64,000 nt of DNA from Vicugna vicugna (lineage: Eukaryota): contig MU058198.1 of the NCBI GenBank assembly GCA_013265495.1, positions 5,285,779 to 5,349,778 on the forward strand. Reading direction: 5' to 3'. This document shows positions 59,062-64,000 of the stretch, piece by piece (position 1 is the stretch's first letter; each line of letters begins with the position of its first letter). The notes under the pieces were generated by a model. That model did not search any database. It was not told the DNA's origin and saw only the letters and a program-made list of their open reading frames with translations. The position numbers and the translations under genes were made by a program.

Positions 59062-59406
59062 CCTCTTAGTTTTATGTGATGTGGTTTGTTTTGTTAAGCA
59101 TGAATTGCAGTTCCGTTGGATTAGAATCTCTGCAGGTGGGACCCCGGTGGTTCTAACGTGCTGCCAAGGTTGAAAACTGCCATTATACGAGAAATTCACA
59201 TATTGTCAAATGTACAATAAAGTTCACACTCTTTACAAGGTATAGAGAAGCGGGGGGAAGGGGAGCATCAGAATCAGATCAGTGAGATGCTCCCTCTGGG
59301 GGCTGCATGAGAGTACGGTGTGGGAGGCATACAACCAGGCATCAGGGTACCAGATGAAATGAGCTTGTCCTGGCTGTGATGTTATAGGGAGGGGTGGTTC
59401 CCTGGA

Positions 59407-59715
59407 AGAGTGGTCCCCAAACTTCCCTGCATGTTAGAATTATAAGTCCCTGTGATGAGGCATCACACCCCCAGACAAATAAATCAAATTCTCTGATGGA
59501 AGCTAGACACCACGCCCCGGGTGACCTCAATGTGTAGCCAAATGTGAAAGTCAGTGTTTTAGAACCTTGTGGACTGGCAGCATCAGTATCCCCTGAGAGC
59601 TGGTTGGAAATGCAGATTCTCAGACTCCACCCAGTCCTGCCGAATCAGAATCTCTGCTGTAAGAAGATTCCATGGTGATCCGTATGCACATTAAAAATCA
59701 ACAAACGCTGTTCTC
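59407..59715. mobile_element. Two adjacent MER5-family hAT elements
   Basis: agtggtccccaaacttccctgcatgttagaat...; gcagcatcagtatcccctgagagctggttggaaatgcagattctcag...gaatcagaatct...tatgcacattaaa. Confidence 0.75.
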
Positions 59716-60039
59716 GAGATATTTTTAAAAGCAGTTACTAACAGCATTAGGTTAGATAAGTTTTACAAACATTTTCTCTATTGTAGGTACAAAATAGCAT
59801 TCAATTCCCCTTCATTTGCAGTTGTAAAGCTGAGTTGGCCACCACCTGTCTGTGTCGCTTGACTCTGTGCTGCTATGACTGGCTGTCTATTTTTCTCGCC
59901 TCGTTTGTGATTGTATGATCCTGTCCAGGTCCTGGCGGTCTGTATTTTAGATGACTGTATGAGGTGGGCTGTCCTGCGTGTGGGTGTGTTTGGGGAATTC
60001 TGATTGTGTGTGTGTTCGCCCGTTTTTGCGTTTTTCTTC

Positions 60040-60204
60040 AGAGTTTGGATGAGCTGATTCTGGGTGGGGCTATAAAATACACTGAGGGAATTACCATCCT
60101 TTGAGCAGGGCACAGAAGTATTGTTGCTCCCACAGGTCGTGTGATCATCAAAAGTGCCCCCTCCCCTACACTTCCAAAGGCCCCCTGGGGGTTGAGAACC
60201 ACTG
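60040..60204 (-). mobile_element. MER20/MER20B-like hAT element
   Basis: Minus strand starts cagtggttctcaacccccaggggcctttggaagtgt...cacttttgatgatcacacgac. Confidence 0.65.
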
Positions 60205-60343
60205 CATAGGAAAGAGAAGACTGGACTTTTGTATCCAAATCTTCTGCAAGTGATCCTGTAGCTGAGTAGATCTCTGTGTGTCGTGTGTTTTGGGGTCAGA
60301 GATGGTAGTGACTTGTGCCTATGGGAAGAACACTTTGTGCATC

Positions 60344-60690
60344 TGTGTGTGTGTGTGTGTGCACATCAATCATTCTACGTGTCTGTGCCTTTGTAGTCCT
60401 GACTTTGGCCCAGATTGTGGTTACTAGACAGCTTCATGGGGTCATTGTCATGCAGCGGGGTCACACAAAGGATCTCACACTAGCGACCAGGGACCATGAA
60501 GCCGTACTCCCGTGGCCAATCACACGTCTGACAAATTGCACACAAAGTCACACACACACACACACACAGCATCATCCTCATCCTTATTCATGCACGTGGT
60601 CTCAGCCAGAGTCAGGTACAGGCACTCAGAGCGGTGCATGCATTTACACCTGGACACACACGCGCACACACACACACACACATGCACACC
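60344..60690. repeat. Cluster of short (TG)n/(CA)n microsatellites
   Basis: tg run at about 60344-60361; ca runs at about 60549-60568 and 60654-60690. Confidence 0.85.
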
Positions 60691-62699
60691 CGGGCGAGCT
60701 CTCTGGAGGCGACCCCCAGAGGAACATGAACTTCAGGCAGATTCTACATAACAAGCCTCAAAGGGAAGCGTGGGTCTTGTGCTGTGGCTGACCTTGAAAA
60801 TGTTGCTTCTAATCCTCTGTTTGAAAAACAGTAAGGGCTTTCCCTGAATGGTGAGACAAAAGGAATCCCCCCCCACCCCGAGTAAAGGCGAACTCCCCCT
60901 TCTCTCCCCGTGCCCAGCGCTGCTCCCCCGAGACCCTCCCTTTATTCAGTCTCACTGTGTGTCACTTCTAACGTCTAGAAGTGTGTCTTGGGAAGCGCAG
61001 ATGAATCTTGCCCGCTGCTTATGGTTCTCTCCTGAGCCAGCACCCGAGTTCTCTGAAGGTGGGGATGCCAAGAGTGTAGTTCTTGATTTTTTTTTCTTTC
61101 GCAAGAGGTTAAAGGATCCAATTATGGTTACATTTTGATTATCCACCCCTGGCAGAATAGATGTTCCAAAGCAAGAAATAATCTCCATATCTTTGATATT
61201 GAGTTTCAAAATAACGTGTCCCCAGTTAGACGAAAAGTCAAATAGATGTTGTTCACACACAAACACTCAGACTCATTCAAAAGCCCAGGCAAAGAAGCAC
61301 ATACAGATATTTTCAGGAACACTTCTTCTGAGCCCCACCGACATCAGGACACAGCTGGAGACCCCAGGGCTGTGTGTACACAGATAGGGCCCAGGTGCTC
61401 GCACACTGCGACAATGTGTAGACACATACATCAACAGACCGAGACCCCCATCAGCTCTGGGCACATCCATTTCCTGGGCTTCTCGGGCTGTAGCCTGGAG
61501 AATGGGAGGTCGCAGAAAATCCATGGAATGGCCAACGGTGAGAGCGGACAAGAGTCACCTCCAAATGTCCTCCACGCTGACTGGTCATTTTGAAGCTTAA
61601 GAAAGTCAAACTTGAGTCCCAGTGGCAAGGAAGTAGAGCCGCACCAGAAGAGGGTTTGCACCAAAGAGAGCTGCAAGTTTTAAACCTTTCTTTCCCCGTC
61701 GCCTTTCAACAATGACTTGTAAGCCTATCTGACTGCAGGGTTATGTTTTCTTCCAAGGTCTCTGTTTTAGCTCTTGTTGATATTAATTTGTGGATACAGT
61801 GAGAGCAAACAGACACTCAGGAGCAGCAGTAAGCGCCTGGCTGTTGCTGGAAAAGCCTCTCAGCATCATTTTTCCTGCTGAAAGCTGGGGGCTGCGGTCA
61901 GCGCTGGCTTCATTACACCTTCCGTCGGTTGGTTATTTATCAGAGAAAGGTCTAACGGGACTGAACTGGGTAAATGGGGGAGGGAGGAGAGAGGGGTATC
62001 TTGGTAGAGAGACAGAGAGAGAGAGAGAGAAACACACAATTATTGTCTCTTCTCATTTCCAAATGCCCCATAAGGAGTTGAGAATCACTGCATAGGAAAG
62101 AGAGTTTTGGAAGGAAAAATTAAAAAACAAAGGGAAAGAGGCAGTATGAGAGATGGAAAGGGAGACAGGGAGACAGAGAAAGTGAAGAGAGTCTTTGTGC
62201 ATGAAAATCACTTATGAAGCAGACAAGATGGTTGTGAAAAAGATCACAGTATGAGAAGTGTGTGTGTGTGTGTGTGCGCATCTATGCACAGGTAAGACTG
62301 CCTAAGAATAGAAGAGATGATGGGGAAAGAAAAGCAAGAAATATGCAAAAAAAAAAAAGAGCATGAACAAGTGAGGAGAAAAGGCTTTAGAAATTCTGCG
62401 TGTTAGCATGAGTGTGTCCGTGAACATGAGACAGACAGACGGAGGGAGGCAGAAGTTTCTGATGATATCATTTGAGCACGTGCACCCAGTCATTCCCAAA
62501 CCAAATTCATTCCCGACTGTGTCCATTCCGTGAACCAGTGGGCCCCCTTTTATCTGGGGTGTGTCATGTTGTTGTTGAAGCAAGTTCGAACTGGGTTTTC
62601 TGTCACTTTCTGATAAAACGATCCTGCTTAATAACTGTCATGTTCTTCCACAGAGCCATGCTGCTGCGTAAGTTGTTGTTTTTAACCCAGAATGTCTTT

Positions 62700-62860
62700 T
62701 CTGCCTTGTCTAACTGACGCGCTCTTGTTTTCCATCTTTTAGGTGCCAATTCAAATGTCACCTCTTCAGTTAAACTTTCCCAGCATCTCCCAGGAAGTCA
62801 TTTCCTCTTCCCTGTCCACCAGCATCTTAAGCAAACCTCTGATCCCATTGTGGTGTGTAC
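62700..62860 (+). mobile_element. LINE-2 fragment
   Basis: tttaggtgccaattcaaatgtcacctcttcagttaaactttccc. Confidence 0.55.
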
Positions 62861-63506
62861 ATTGGTGTCCACATCGCCCATGTTGGTTTGAAGCCAGAGT
62901 TAGTCTCATTGGCCTCTCTAACTCTTTCACCTTCTCCTGTTTTATCTGAAGCACAGAATCTGGTTAAGACTCACTGAAGAAGAGGTAGCTTAAAGAAACA
63001 GTCACAATATCTGGACATCACAGAAGATGGTCTATCAGGCTAATGAGAGCCCAGGAGCAACAAAAAGGGTCTACAGGAAAGTCTAACTTAAACTTTCATG
63101 AAGCCTGATTGGCAAACATTAACCCCAGTGCTGGTCCTGTGAGGAGCTGGGACCTGGCAGCCGAGTCCTCCAGTTCCTGTATCATTATCTAGGGTACCAG
63201 CATCAGACAGAACCTATCAGGGCCACTCTCTCAAAACCTCTTGCTCTAATATTCCTGATTACTGTATTTTGGGTTCAGATTTTGTCCTTCAGCTCCTATG
63301 CTTCTTAGGATGTGTAATCCACCAAGGCCTTGGACTTGGTCGTCCTTTTTTCAGGAACTCTGACTTGGTCAGTGCCCAACTTGACCCACATCCCTGTGTT
63401 CTCAGGATGGGAAGTAGAACAGGGAAGTCACTGTCCTCAGTGGCCATTGTCTACTTTGTCCACATCCTCTTCTAAGGTAGATTTTGGGAATTGAGTTAAA
63501 AAGAAG

Positions 63507-63750
63507 GTGGAGAGGGGTAAATTGGGAGTTCAGGATTTGTAAATACTAACTACTATATATAAAATAGATAAATAATAAATTCCTACTGTATAGCACAGGG
63601 AACTATATTCAGTACCTTGTAATGGCTTATAAGGAAAAAGAATAAGAGAAGGAATTTATACGTGTAGGACTGAATCACTACGCTGTACGCCAGAAACTAA
63701 CACAACATTGTAAATCGACTATGCTTCAATTAAAACAATAAAATAAAATA
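63507..63750 (+). mobile_element. L1 3' end (artiodactyl-type)
   Basis: gggtaaattgggagttcaggatttgtaaatac...cctactgtatagcacagggaactatattca...aactaacacaacattgtaaatcgactat, followed by an A-rich tail. Confidence 0.88.
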
Positions 63751-64000
63751 CTAAAGTATTTTAAATGATTTTAGAAAAGAATTTTAAAAAGTCATTATGG
63801 AGTCAACATGAGCAAAAGTGCCCATCTGCCTCAGTGGCCACTTAAGGACCACATGTGAGTCAAAGTTGAAAGGGACACTCACTATGTGAATGAATGAACA
63901 GAGGAAACCAATCAGTGTAGAGAAACTGTCAACAGGAAAGACTGAGATGCTTCAGTCCCAACAGCTCCTTTTTCTGAAAAGCTTGATCCATTGTGATTCC

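Noticed and set aside
58955..59062. H/ACA snoRNA (two hairpins, ACA near the end)
   Set aside because: There is no ANANNA H-box between the hairpins, and the pseudouridylation-pocket geometry is poor
60690..61060. CpG island or promoter
   Set aside because: Only scattered CpGs; too sparse for a CpG island, and no associated gene start is visible
58098..62103. Hidden 943-bp periodicity (repeat spacings of 943 and 1886 = 2 x 943)
   Set aside because: I checked the predicted intermediate positions (about 59248, 59984, 60927, 61134 and 61870) and found no convincing copies. Treated as coincidence unless an autocorrelation analysis shows otherwise.
142..63475. The many 60-160 aa ORFs in the ORF track as protein-coding genes
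   Set aside because: They are short, often start at non-ATG codons, show no recognisable domains, and many lie in repeats or microsatellites. Only L1 ORF2p remnants are identifiable, and these are interrupted.

Overview
Mammalian non-coding genomic DNA, most likely from a camelid (alpaca/vicuna/camel), judged from two tRNA-Ala-derived vic-1-like SINEs and young artiodactyl-type L1 3' ends. It has two assembly gaps (6735-6746 and 35625-35996). I see no protein-coding exon, no functional tRNA/rRNA gene, no CpG island and no CRISPR or other prokaryotic feature. The only protein-like ORFs are decayed LINE-1 ORF2p fragments. Much of the window is interspersed repeat: old MIR, L2, L1M, MLT/ERVL LTR and hAT MER elements, with younger L1 tails and SINEs inserted into them, several with readable target-site duplications (TSDs). 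One L1 looks twin-primed (inverted) and another internally deleted. Several repeat-free islands carry dense transcription-factor motif clusters (about 26.35-26.65 kb, 33.9 kb, 51.3 kb and 57.9-58.4 kb), which suggests an enhancer-rich gene desert or a large intron. The most unusual unexplained signals are an exact 21-bp direct repeat whose two copies each close a hairpin (58098 and 59041) and a ~50-bp duplication that runs past a MER20 terminus (60169 and 62054). I cannot demonstrate a new biological system from sequence alone. Repeat family names come from recalled consensus sequences, not a database search, and boundaries without TSDs are approximate.
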